Translations under genes and position numbers: made by a program | Notes under the pieces: model-generated | What the model saw: the letters and a program-made list of their open reading frames with translations, nothing else | What the model was told of the DNA's origin: nothing | Database searches by the model: none | Assembly: GCA_025459125.1 (NCBI GenBank) | Contig: JALORE010000023.1 | Coordinates: 5,981 to 69,980, forward strand | Source: Planctomycetota bacterium | GTDB lineage: Bacteria; Planctomycetota; Phycisphaerae; Sedimentisphaerales; Anaerobacaceae | Direction of reading: 5' to 3' | DNA: 64,000 nt | Part shown: positions 57,312 through 64,000 of the stretch, in pieces | Numbering within the stretch: position 1 is the first letter of the stretch | Layout of the letters: every line of letters begins with the position of its first letter

Positions 57312-58154
57312 TTATTCATATCGCAACGCCACCATCGGATCGATCCGCATCGCCCGGCAGGCGGGCAGCAGGCAGGCCAGCAGCGACACGGCCGCGATCA
57401 GCAGGGGGACCAGGACAAAGGTCACCGGGTCAATTGCACTGACACCATGCAGGTAACTGGACAGGAAGCGCGTCAAGCCGAGCGCGCCGGCCAAGCCGAC
57501 CGCCGAGCCAAGGAGCGACAGCACCAGCCCCTGCTTCAGGATCAGCGTCAGGTTCGTCGCCCGGCGGGCGGGCGCACTGCAAGCCACGACCGAGGCGGCA
57601 CTCCGCAGCAACGCCGCACGGCCAATCGTCGGACCATCCGTGGGCTCATACCGGAACGACGGGAACTCGAGATCCACCGCCGGCATGTGGTGGGGGTCGT
57701 AGCCGGGGTCGATACGCAGCCGGTTGGCGAAGGTCCGGACGCCCAGACGGGCCCCGACGATCAGGAGGAAAGCCAACGCGATTTGGGAGGCCGCCAGCAA
57801 CGAATGCATCCACCGCGTCGGCCGTCCGGTCGTCGCGTGTCTCGCATCCCCCCGGAAGGCGGCGGAAAGCTCCGTTCCCCAGGCCTGTACGGCCGGGATC
57901 AGACTGAAGGCGGTTCCCGTCGCCAAGGCCACTGCACCGGCAAACGCCAGGGCGGCCACATCGAGGTGTATGCCTCCGACCACGGGCATGAACTTCAGGA
58001 CCGGGGGTCGCACCAAGGCGCCCTGGATCACGCTGAAGATCGTCGTCGCCGCGCCAATGCCCAGGCCCGGGCACAGAACCGCGGTCACCGTCCAGCCGGG
58101 GTTCCGGCGCAGCACTCGCATGCCATTTCGCACATCCTGCCCGAGCATTCCCAT
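57312..58154 (-). CDS. ADOP remnant (280 aa): multiply deleted but in-frame copy, first ORF behind sigma-54 promoter C
   Basis: 'MGMLGQDVRNGMRVLRRNPGW' (ATG 58154, SD AGGAGA) ... 'ACRAMRIDPMVALRYE'. It retains TM1, the end of the first FtsX module, TM5, and TM7-TM8. The rest of track ORF 57312..59378 is an antisense or out-of-frame artefact. Confidence 0.55.
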   Translation of the reverse strand: MGMLGQDVRNGMRVLRRNPGWTVTAVLCPGLGIGAATTIFSVIQGALVRPPVLKFMPVVGGIHLDVAALAFAGAVALATGTAFSLIPAVQAWGTELSAAFRGDARHATTGRPTRWMHSLLAASQIALAFLLIVGARLGVRTFANRLRIDPGYDPHHMPAVDLEFPSFRYEPTDGPTIGRAALLRSAASVVACSAPARRATNLTLILKQGLVLSLLGSAVGLAGALGLTRFLSSYLHGVSAIDPVTFVLVPLLIAAVSLLACLLPACRAMRIDPMVALRYE

Positions 58155-58191
58155 GGGTTTCTCCTGCGTGTACCTCGGCATTCGAGGCCCA

Positions 58192-58208
58192 TGCAAACGC
58201 TGTGCCAG
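58192..58208 (-). promoter_or_regulatory. Putative sigma-54 (-24/-12) promoter, copy C (best consensus match)
   Basis: The minus strand reads CTGGCACAGCGTTTGCA, i.e. TGGCAC-N5-TTGCA. The GC element lies 39 nt upstream of ATG 58154. Confidence 0.65.
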
Positions 58209-58287
58209 GTGCGTTCTGCCCCGGTCGCCGCTCGGAAGGCCCTGGACAAGGGGCCTGCCTGATCTGGGAAGATTGCGGTCGCCTCCC

Positions 58288-58326
58288 GTGTCCGGTTTTG
58301 AAATCCGCGCGCCCGAATTCGGACAC
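58288..58326. promoter_or_regulatory. Inverted-repeat candidate enhancer (UAS), copy C
   Basis: GTGTCCG-N25-CGGACAC with a central CGCGCGCC. Its centre is about 101 nt upstream of the -24 GG. Confidence 0.5.
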
Positions 58327-58356
58327 GCCCGAGGTGAACTTGAAGCCCGCTCTGCA

Positions 58357-58382
58357 GAGGTCGTGCGTCCCCGCACGACCTC
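58357..58382. repeat. REP-like hairpin (same family as 2388..2411) just downstream of the beta-propeller gene; possible terminator
   Basis: GAGGTCGTGCG/tccc/CGCACGACCTC, an 11-bp stem 24 nt past the stop at 58406. There is no U-tract on the minus strand, so a terminator role is uncertain. Confidence 0.55.
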
Positions 58383-58405
58383 TTTAAAACAGGCGCGGAG
58401 AGGCC

Positions 58406-61072
58406 CTATCGGCGCAGCCATTCGGCGATGGTGCGACGCTCCTGTTCCTCCATACGCCGACGTTTGTCGAGGAAATGCCGGTACTTCTCGCGGTCGTCGC
58501 GGTCCCAGAGGTTCGCCTCTTCGTAATCGCCGCAGAAAGGGACCAACAGATCGATCCAGCAGGCCAGGGTCTCGGTTTCCTCCGGCGCGAGTGGAACGCC
58601 GTAGTGGCCCTCCGTCAACATCGATAACAGTCGGCTGCGGGCCGCGCCGGCAGCGTACGGCGGCAGCATTTCGGGTCCCGACTGGGCACTGATCCAGTTC
58701 ACGAGATCGTCGCTTACGCCCGCCAGGTACCGGTGGCCCCCCAGCGTCCGCTCCGTCGCCCGAACCAGGGCCAGGTAACCGGCGGTCCATTCTCGCTTCG
58801 CCAGCGGCTCCGGCACCGGCGTGCCCAGCAGGCTGAAGGCAGACTTCGTGGCGAGGGCATCTTGCCCGTGTTCTTTCGTGTCGAGGGCGTCCTGACCTCG
58901 AATCGCGGGCACGATGCCCGCGACACGCAAGGGCGGGACGCCCTCGCCACGGAGAAGCTGCGGGTCGTTGTGACATCGGGTGCAGTGGCGATCGAGAATC
59001 GGCTGTACCTCGCGCGGGAAGCTGAAGCCACGCGGCGGACCGTGAAATGGAGTGAGCGCCTGCGGGCCGGCTTTCAGCGCCAGGCGGGGCGCGGCTCCGC
59101 CAGGAGGCGCGTCGTTCTTCGACTCGTGACATCCGACGCAGGAGACATTCTCGTCCGGCTGCAGCGTCACCCAGCTCCGCATGGACTGCACCGCATATCC
59201 CCGGGCGTCGAGCGCCTGGAAGTACACAGGCTGACGGGCAGGCAGGGTGAAGAACGCCGAGCCGTCGGCGTACACCGCGGCCTCGCCCAGCACAGTCTTG
59301 ACGTCCCAGGCACCGTTGCCGATGGACACCGGCGTGCTGACCAGAGCGTCGCCCGCGGGACCGGCATTGTAGCTCCAACCGACGCCGGCGGCGCGGTAGT
59401 CCAGCCCGATCACGCGGAGCTTCTTGATCGTGCCGCGCGGAATGCCCGCCAGACCCGGACCTTCATAGATGTCCTGAAGGAAGCACGTGCCGGTGGCCTG
59501 GTGATAGTCCACGAGGCTGGCCCGGACGGGCGGCCGCGGCCGCGCTGCCAAGGGTACGGGCTGGCTGCAGGAGACCTCCGGATCGGCGGCCAAGAGCTCT
59601 CGCCGGCCGTCCGCCGCGATCCAGTACAGCTTGAAGAGCGTCGGGGAACGCGACCAGCCCAGGGGCGAGCAGGCGACTACGAATTCGGATGCCGAGAGCG
59701 GATACGGGTACTGGTACAACTCGCCCCTCTGCCCATAAGCGTCAATGCGCTCGGCGCGCGTGACGCGGACCGGAGCAATCAACTGGGTGCCCGCGTTCTC
59801 CTGCCGGCCCCGGGCGGGATCGACGATTCCCAGCTTCCCTACCTGACGCGTGTGATGGCCGGAGAAGATGGCGACGACCTGGTGCGTGCCGGGGATGCCG
59901 CGGGCGTGCAACAGCGAGGTCGGGAACCACGAATTGTTGCCGTAGAGCTCGGTCTGGCCGGTGCCGTCGGGGTTCATCTGGAACAGGCCCTGGACGAAGA
60001 GCTGGCCGCGGTCGCTATACTCCCAACGGGTGTACACGATCCGACCGTCGGGCAGAACCGTCGGATAGTTGTCGTGGACCTGGTCGAAAGTCAGCCGGCG
60101 CAGACCGCGGCCGTCGCCGGCGCAGGCGTACAGGTTGCTCACCTCGGTCCACCAGCAGTCCACCGTCTGAACGCAACGGGTCGAGTTGAACAGGATGTCG
60201 CCGCTCGGCAAATAGACGCCTTCATAATCGGCAAAACCACGTCCGTGGGTCAGTTGCCGGACCGCGCGGTCCGTGGCGTCCATCTCGTACAGGTGGTAGT
60301 CGTCTTGCCGATCGGATTTCTTCCAGGCGAAGAGCACGCGCCGGCCGTCCCAGGACACGTCCGGGTCGCGGATCACGCCGCCAGCATCCGCGAGGAGCGT
60401 CTGCACGCGTGCTCCGGCGCCGTCGATCTCCAGCCGGCAGAGGGCCGCCCCCGGCTCGAATTGCCGCTCGTGTTGCGCGTCGGACTGGCCTTCCGTATAG
60501 GCATAGTGCGAGCCGCCCAGCGTATGGTGCTTCGTGAAGATCCACCGCGGATACTGCCGCTGCAGCATCCGAAGGCGGTTCTCGCGGCGCACGGCGGCAA
60601 CCCGCAGGTAGAGATCGAGCCAGCGCCGCGGCTCGACCGATGAGGCTTGGCCCACGAGCCGATCGAACTCGTGCCGCAGGTTTGGGTCGGCAGTCCCCAC
60701 TTCCGCCAGCGCCTTGGCGGCCGCCTGCTGTGCCGCCTCCGGCATCGTGGCCGCCGACAGCCACGGAGCAAAGCCCGACCCCGCATCCTGCAGGCACCAG
60801 TCCCAGTACAGGGGAAACTCCCGCTCGCTCCGGACCGAGAACGCCTCCACCGCGGCGCCAAACGCTTCGCTGCGCGGATCGACCATCGCCACTTCCGCTT
60901 GCGTCCCGAGCACCAGGTCCCGCCACGCGATTGCCCGCCCGGCCTCCGCCGCACCTTCGCTGCCATTCGCTCCGACACTCAGTGCGAGCACCAGCGCACC
61001 CGCGCCTACCAGGCCGGCGTACCTCCGTAATCGACGGGCATTACGTGAGACATCCTGCGACCGCGTTGCCAT
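58406..61072 (-). CDS. Exported TolB/PD40-like beta-propeller protein with two CXXCH haem-c motifs (HzsA-related family)
   Basis: 888 aa. Signal-like 'YAGLVGAGALVLALSVGANG'. Propeller-type repeats ('DPDVSWDGRRVLFAWKK...YHLYEMD', 'LPDGRIVYTRWEYSD'). Haem motifs 'CVGCHES' and 'CTRCHND'. Confidence 0.75.
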   Translation of the reverse strand: MATRSQDVSRNARRLRRYAGLVGAGALVLALSVGANGSEGAAEAGRAIAWRDLVLGTQAEVAMVDPRSEAFGAAVEAFSVRSEREFPLYWDWCLQDAGSGFAPWLSAATMPEAAQQAAAKALAEVGTADPNLRHEFDRLVGQASSVEPRRWLDLYLRVAAVRRENRLRMLQRQYPRWIFTKHHTLGGSHYAYTEGQSDAQHERQFEPGAALCRLEIDGAGARVQTLLADAGGVIRDPDVSWDGRRVLFAWKKSDRQDDYHLYEMDATDRAVRQLTHGRGFADYEGVYLPSGDILFNSTRCVQTVDCWWTEVSNLYACAGDGRGLRRLTFDQVHDNYPTVLPDGRIVYTRWEYSDRGQLFVQGLFQMNPDGTGQTELYGNNSWFPTSLLHARGIPGTHQVVAIFSGHHTRQVGKLGIVDPARGRQENAGTQLIAPVRVTRAERIDAYGQRGELYQYPYPLSASEFVVACSPLGWSRSPTLFKLYWIAADGRRELLAADPEVSCSQPVPLAARPRPPVRASLVDYHQATGTCFLQDIYEGPGLAGIPRGTIKKLRVIGLDYRAAGVGWSYNAGPAGDALVSTPVSIGNGAWDVKTVLGEAAVYADGSAFFTLPARQPVYFQALDARGYAVQSMRSWVTLQPDENVSCVGCHESKNDAPPGGAAPRLALKAGPQALTPFHGPPRGFSFPREVQPILDRHCTRCHNDPQLLRGEGVPPLRVAGIVPAIRGQDALDTKEHGQDALATKSAFSLLGTPVPEPLAKREWTAGYLALVRATERTLGGHRYLAGVSDDLVNWISAQSGPEMLPPYAAGAARSRLLSMLTEGHYGVPLAPEETETLACWIDLLVPFCGDYEEANLWDRDDREKYRHFLDKRRRMEEQERRTIAEWLRR

Positions 61073-61113
61073 CTACCTCTCCTGTTCGTATCCGGCACGG
61101 GTGTTACCAGCCC

Positions 61114-61545
61114 ATGCCTGCGATGATAGAATACACCATCATGCTTGATATTGAGAAGCAGATTGATTACCGGCGTCGGGGTGTGGCTGAGGATCGGGAA
61201 ATTGTAGACATCGTGCGACAATGCCTGCGGAACCTCGCGCAACAGGGCATCGTGGCTCGGAGGGGCGTGATCTTGGGTTCTTACGCCTCGGGTCATCCAA
61301 ATCAGTGGCGCGGCATTGATCTGGTGGTCGTATCCGCTGCGTCTGACGGTACGTTCTCTCGGGATGCGATCAACTCCTTGTGGCGCGTGGCCGCCCCCAC
61401 GGATGGCCGGATCGAGCCGATCCCCTGTGGGGAACGCCAGTGGGTCGAAGATGAGGTAACACCCATTCTCAAGATCGCCCGCGGGGAGGGCGTGCCGGTG
61501 TTGCCGGATGGCGATTCCAGTGGCGAGAGGGCCCGCACCTGTTGA
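61114..61545 (+). CDS. Small nucleotidyltransferase-fold (MNT-like) protein, putative
   Basis: Only the last 143 codons of ORF 60640..61545 are credible; the rest is antisense to 58406..61072. 'GVILGSYASGHPNQWRGIDLVVVS' resembles the GS-x(9-10)-D-x-D minimal nucleotidyltransferase motif, with Gly in place of the first Asp. GC is lower than in flanking DNA. The start is uncertain (61114, 61123 or 61141). Confidence 0.45.
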   Translation: MPAMIEYTIMLDIEKQIDYRRRGVAEDREIVDIVRQCLRNLAQQGIVARRGVILGSYASGHPNQWRGIDLVVVSAASDGTFSRDAINSLWRVAAPTDGRIEPIPCGERQWVEDEVTPILKIARGEGVPVLPDGDSSGERARTC

Positions 61546-61557
61546 TGGTACCGACGA

Positions 61558-62880
61558 TCAGCCTGGCAGCGGGAGCCGCAGGCAGGCACGGCAGCCGGGG
61601 CCGGCGGGGTGGTTTTCGAGGGTCAGGGAGCCGCCATGGGCTTCGGCGATCTGGCGGCTGAGGGTCAGGCCGATGCCCGAGCCGTGGTCTTTCGTGGTGA
61701 AAAAGGGCACGAAGACGTCGGTGCCGTCGGGCAGGCCCGGGCCGTCGTCGTCCACGTGGATCTCGATCCGGCCCGTGCCGATGCGCCAGCCGATCAGGAC
61801 CGCGCCGTCGCCAGCCGGCCGCTTCTGGAGACTCGCTTCCACGGCGTTGGAGACGACGTTGATCAGCAGTTGCTCGAGCTGGTCGCGGTCGCCCTGGGCC
61901 TGCACGTCCGGGCCGGGGACGACCGTCACGCTCATGCGGGTCTCCAGGTCCGCCACCCGGCGCAGGAGCCGCGCCACGTCCACCGGCGAGAGGCTGGGCT
62001 GGGGCAGGTGCATCAGGCGCGAGTAGGCCCCGGTGAAACGGTCGAGGGCCTCGGCGCGCTCGGCGATCAGTTCCAGGCCGGTCCGGGCGTCCTCCTGCCA
62101 GTCGTCCGGCAGCGGCGCGCGGCCGAGCAGCACCCGCAGGCTGTCGGCCACCGATTGGATCGGGGTCAGCGAATTGTTGACCTCGTGACGCACGGTCCGG
62201 ATCAGGCGTTTCCAGGCCCGGCGTTCCTCCTCGTGCAGCGTCCGGGTCAGGTCGGAGAGGAAGACCAGCTCGTGCGGCACCCCCTTGTCCCGGTAGCTGC
62301 CCCGCCGCAGCTCCCAGCGGCCCGAGCCGCCCGGGAACACCACGTCCAGGACACGGGGCGTCTCGCCTGCCAGGCACTCGGCCAGACCCAGATCCTGGGC
62401 CCGGCAGCCGACGAGGTCCTCATCCGCCCGGCCGAGCAGGCGCCGGCCACTGTCGTTGACCAATTGCAGCCGGCCGGTGCTGTCGAAGCCAAACATCGCC
62501 ACGTCGACCTCCGCGAGCATCTTGCGGACCAGGGCCATTGCCTCCATCGCCCGCAACCGCTGCTCGCGCAGCGACGCGGTCAGGGCGTTGACCTCCCAGA
62601 TCACTTCGCCCAGGGCATCGTCGTAGCGGGCTCCACGCAGCCGCAGAGAGTAGTCGCCCTCCCGCAGCGCTCCGAGCAGGTTCGACAGGGTCCGCAGCGG
62701 AAACGCCACTTTGTTCCGGATGACGAACGCCGTCGCCAGCCAGGTGAACAGGATCAGACCCGCGAGCGTCAGCCGGGTCTGAGTCGAGTAATCGCACTGC
62801 CACAGTAGGAACAGCGACAGCGCCGCGCCGCCCAGCCCGGCCACGAATCCCAGCCACAGAATGCGATGCTCGTACTTCAT
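61558..62880 (-). CDS. Sensor histidine kinase, NtrY/AtoS-like (2 TM with ~9-residue outer loop, HAMP, PAS-like, HisKA, HATPase_c)
   Basis: TM1 'ILWLGFVAGLGGAALSLFLLW', loop 'QCDYSTQTR', TM2 'LTLAGLILFTWLATAFVI'. H-box 'RHEVNNSLTPIQS', N-box 'LINVVSNAVEA', G-boxes 'DDGPGL' and 'GSGIGLTLS'. Confidence 0.88.
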   Translation of the reverse strand: MKYEHRILWLGFVAGLGGAALSLFLLWQCDYSTQTRLTLAGLILFTWLATAFVIRNKVAFPLRTLSNLLGALREGDYSLRLRGARYDDALGEVIWEVNALTASLREQRLRAMEAMALVRKMLAEVDVAMFGFDSTGRLQLVNDSGRRLLGRADEDLVGCRAQDLGLAECLAGETPRVLDVVFPGGSGRWELRRGSYRDKGVPHELVFLSDLTRTLHEEERRAWKRLIRTVRHEVNNSLTPIQSVADSLRVLLGRAPLPDDWQEDARTGLELIAERAEALDRFTGAYSRLMHLPQPSLSPVDVARLLRRVADLETRMSVTVVPGPDVQAQGDRDQLEQLLINVVSNAVEASLQKRPAGDGAVLIGWRIGTGRIEIHVDDDGPGLPDGTDVFVPFFTTKDHGSGIGLTLSRQIAEAHGGSLTLENHPAGPGCRACLRLPLPG

Positions 62881-62895
62881 GATCTATGATTCATG

Positions 62896-62973
62896 ATTTA
62901 CGATTTATGATTTATGATTTGAGAAGACCGCCCAAGGCCAAGAAGCGGACGACTGAAATCATAAATCGTAAAT
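62896..62973. repeat. AT-rich 18-bp perfect inverted repeat (42-nt spacer) with ATGATTT heptad repeats between the RR and HK genes
   Basis: ATTTACGATTTATGATTT (62896..62913) faces AAATCATAAATCGTAAAT (62956..62973). The left arm is embedded in 'atgattcatgatttacgatttatgatttatgattt'. Confidence 0.85.
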
Positions 62974-62976
62974 TCT

Positions 62977-64000
62977 TCACCCGATTCCATGCTTCTCCAA
63001 CCGGCGGTAGAGGGCGCCGCGGCTGAGGCCCAGGGCCTCCGCAGCCTTGCTGATGTCGCCCTGGTAGCGGGATAGCGCGCTGCGGATCAGCATCTGCTCG
63101 ACCTGGTCCAGGGTCATCTCCTCCAGGCGCGGGCCGCTTTCGAACTTCGGCTCCAGGCCCAGGTCGCTCGCCCGCACCACGTGGTCCTTCGCCATCAACA
63201 GGGCCCGCTCGATGGTATGGTCCAGCTCGCGGACGTTGCCCGGCCAGGGATATTTCAGGAGAATTTGCAGCGACGTGGCATCGAAGCCGGCGAGTTGCTT
63301 GCGGTACCGGCCCGCGTGCCGCTGGAGGAAGTGGGCCGCCAGCAGCGGAATATCCTCCTGGCGTTCCCGCAAGGGAGGGACGCGAATCTCCACGGTCTTG
63401 AGCCGGTAGAGCAGGTCCTGGCGGAACCGGGCGGTCGCGACCTCTTCCGCGAGATTGGCGTTCGTGGCGGACAGGATCCGCACGTCCACGCGGAGCGTCT
63501 TGGAGGACCCGACCGGCTCGAACTCGCCGCTCTCCAGGACCCGCAGGAGCTTCGATTGCAGGGTGGCCGGGATGCTGGCGATCTCGTCGAGAAAGAGCGT
63601 CCCGCCGTCGGCCAGCTTGAACCGCCCGAGGCGGTCCGACTTGGCGTCGGTGAACGCGCCGGCCACGTGGCCGAACAGCTCGCTCTCGAAGAGGGTCGCC
63701 GGGACACTGGCGGTGTTGACGGTCACCAGGGGCCTATCGCGACGGGTCGAAGCCGCGTGCAGCGCCTGAGCCACGATCCCCTTGCCGGCCCCGTTCTCGC
63801 CGGTGATCAGGACGTTGGCCTGGGATGGCCCCACGCGGGCAATCGCCTCCAGCACCGGCTGCATGGCCCGCGCTTCGGCGATCATAAACGGCCGGCTCTC
63901 GCCGCGCAGCAGGAGATTCTCCTGCTCGAGCTGGCGGCCCTTGCGCAGGGCCCGGCCCAACTCCACCTGCGTCCGCAGCACCGCCAGCAGACGTTCGTTC
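62977..64000 (-). CDS. Sigma-54-dependent (NtrC-family) response regulator / enhancer-binding protein, 5' end outside the window
   Basis: AAA+ Walker A 'GENGAGKG', 'ESELFGHVAGAFTDA' (a GAFTGA-type loop, here GAFTDA), Walker B 'GGTLFLDEI', C-terminal Fis-type HTH 'ISKAAEALGLSRGALYRRLEKHGI'. The reading frame stays open to position 64000; the track 'M' at 63981 is an internal GTG. Confidence 0.88.
   Translation of the reverse strand, partial: NERLLAVLRTQVELGRALRKGRQLEQENLLLRGESRPFMIAEARAMQPVLEAIARVGPSQANVLITGENGAGKGIVAQALHAASTRRDRPLVTVNTASVPATLFESELFGHVAGAFTDAKSDRLGRFKLADGGTLFLDEIASIPATLQSKLLRVLESGEFEPVGSSKTLRVDVRILSATNANLAEEVATARFRQDLLYRLKTVEIRVPPLRERQEDIPLLAAHFLQRHAGRYRKQLAGFDATSLQILLKYPWPGNVRELDHTIERALLMAKDHVVRASDLGLEPKFESGPRLEEMTLDQVEQMLIRSALSRYQGDISKAAEALGLSRGALYRRLEKHGIG

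Noticed and set aside
58155-59378. N-terminal 408 codons of the 688-aa ORF 57312..59378.
   Set aside because: This part overlaps the sigma-54 module and the 3' part of the 58406..61072 gene in another frame, and is Arg/Gly/Pro-rich nonsense. Only the last 280 codons (ADOP remnant) are credible.
58406-61072. Hydrazine synthase / anammox function for the HzsA-related protein.
   Set aside because: There are no hzsB/hzsC-like neighbours or other anammox genes, and only generic propeller plus CXXCH features. The name is used only as a family descriptor.
60640-61113. First 158 codons of plus-strand ORF 60640..61545.
   Set aside because: They are antisense to the 5' end of the 58406..61072 gene and give a Pro/Arg/Ala-rich low-complexity translation.
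1-64000. Genomic island or mobile element bounded by integrase, transposase or tRNA.
   Set aside because: No transposase, integrase, RAYT, tRNA or long direct repeats were recognised. The only compositional outliers are one ADOP gene, short AT-rich spacers and the small plus-strand ORF.

Overview
High-GC (about 65% by spot counts) bacterial chromosomal segment. Every confidently called gene from 389 to 61072 is on the minus strand. The window is dominated by a tandem array of 20 paralogous ADOP-type permease genes (TIGR03434-like, internally duplicated FtsX/MacB-type). Fifteen are full length (794-843 aa) and five are deleted or decayed. Only two stand-alone MacB/LolD-type ABC ATPase genes, one HlyD/MacA-type membrane-fusion protein and one TolC-like outer-membrane factor are interspersed. 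Other genes are a formylglycine-type sulfatase, a beta-lactamase-fold protein whose SxxK serine position reads Gly, a tandemly duplicated S8 peptidase and a truncated Gfo/Idh/MocA oxidoreductase. There is also an exported beta-propeller protein with 2x CXXCH (HzsA-related), a small plus-strand nucleotidyltransferase-like ORF, and an NtrY-like histidine kinase with a sigma-54-dependent (NtrC-family) response regulator that runs off the 3' edge. The intergenic space is highly structured. It holds GTAG-headed REP/REPIN palindromes, CAGTTG/CAACTG hairpin elements and (GGAAT)n/(ATTCC)n hairpin elements that share conserved linkers. The strongest signal is three paralogous upstream modules. Each has a near-consensus sigma-54 -24/-12 promoter and a conserved inverted-repeat UAS about 90-100 nt further upstream. 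They sit in front of the TolC-like gene, the MFP-ATPase genes and the distal ADOP block. This suggests that the roughly 55-kb permease array forms a sigma-54 regulon, possibly driven by the adjacent two-component system. No rRNA, tRNA, CRISPR, transposase or integrase was recognised. Lineage cannot be fixed from sequence alone; ADOP expansions point to Acidobacteriota or a PVC-type genome. All functional calls come from motifs read by eye and need HMM/BLAST confirmation.
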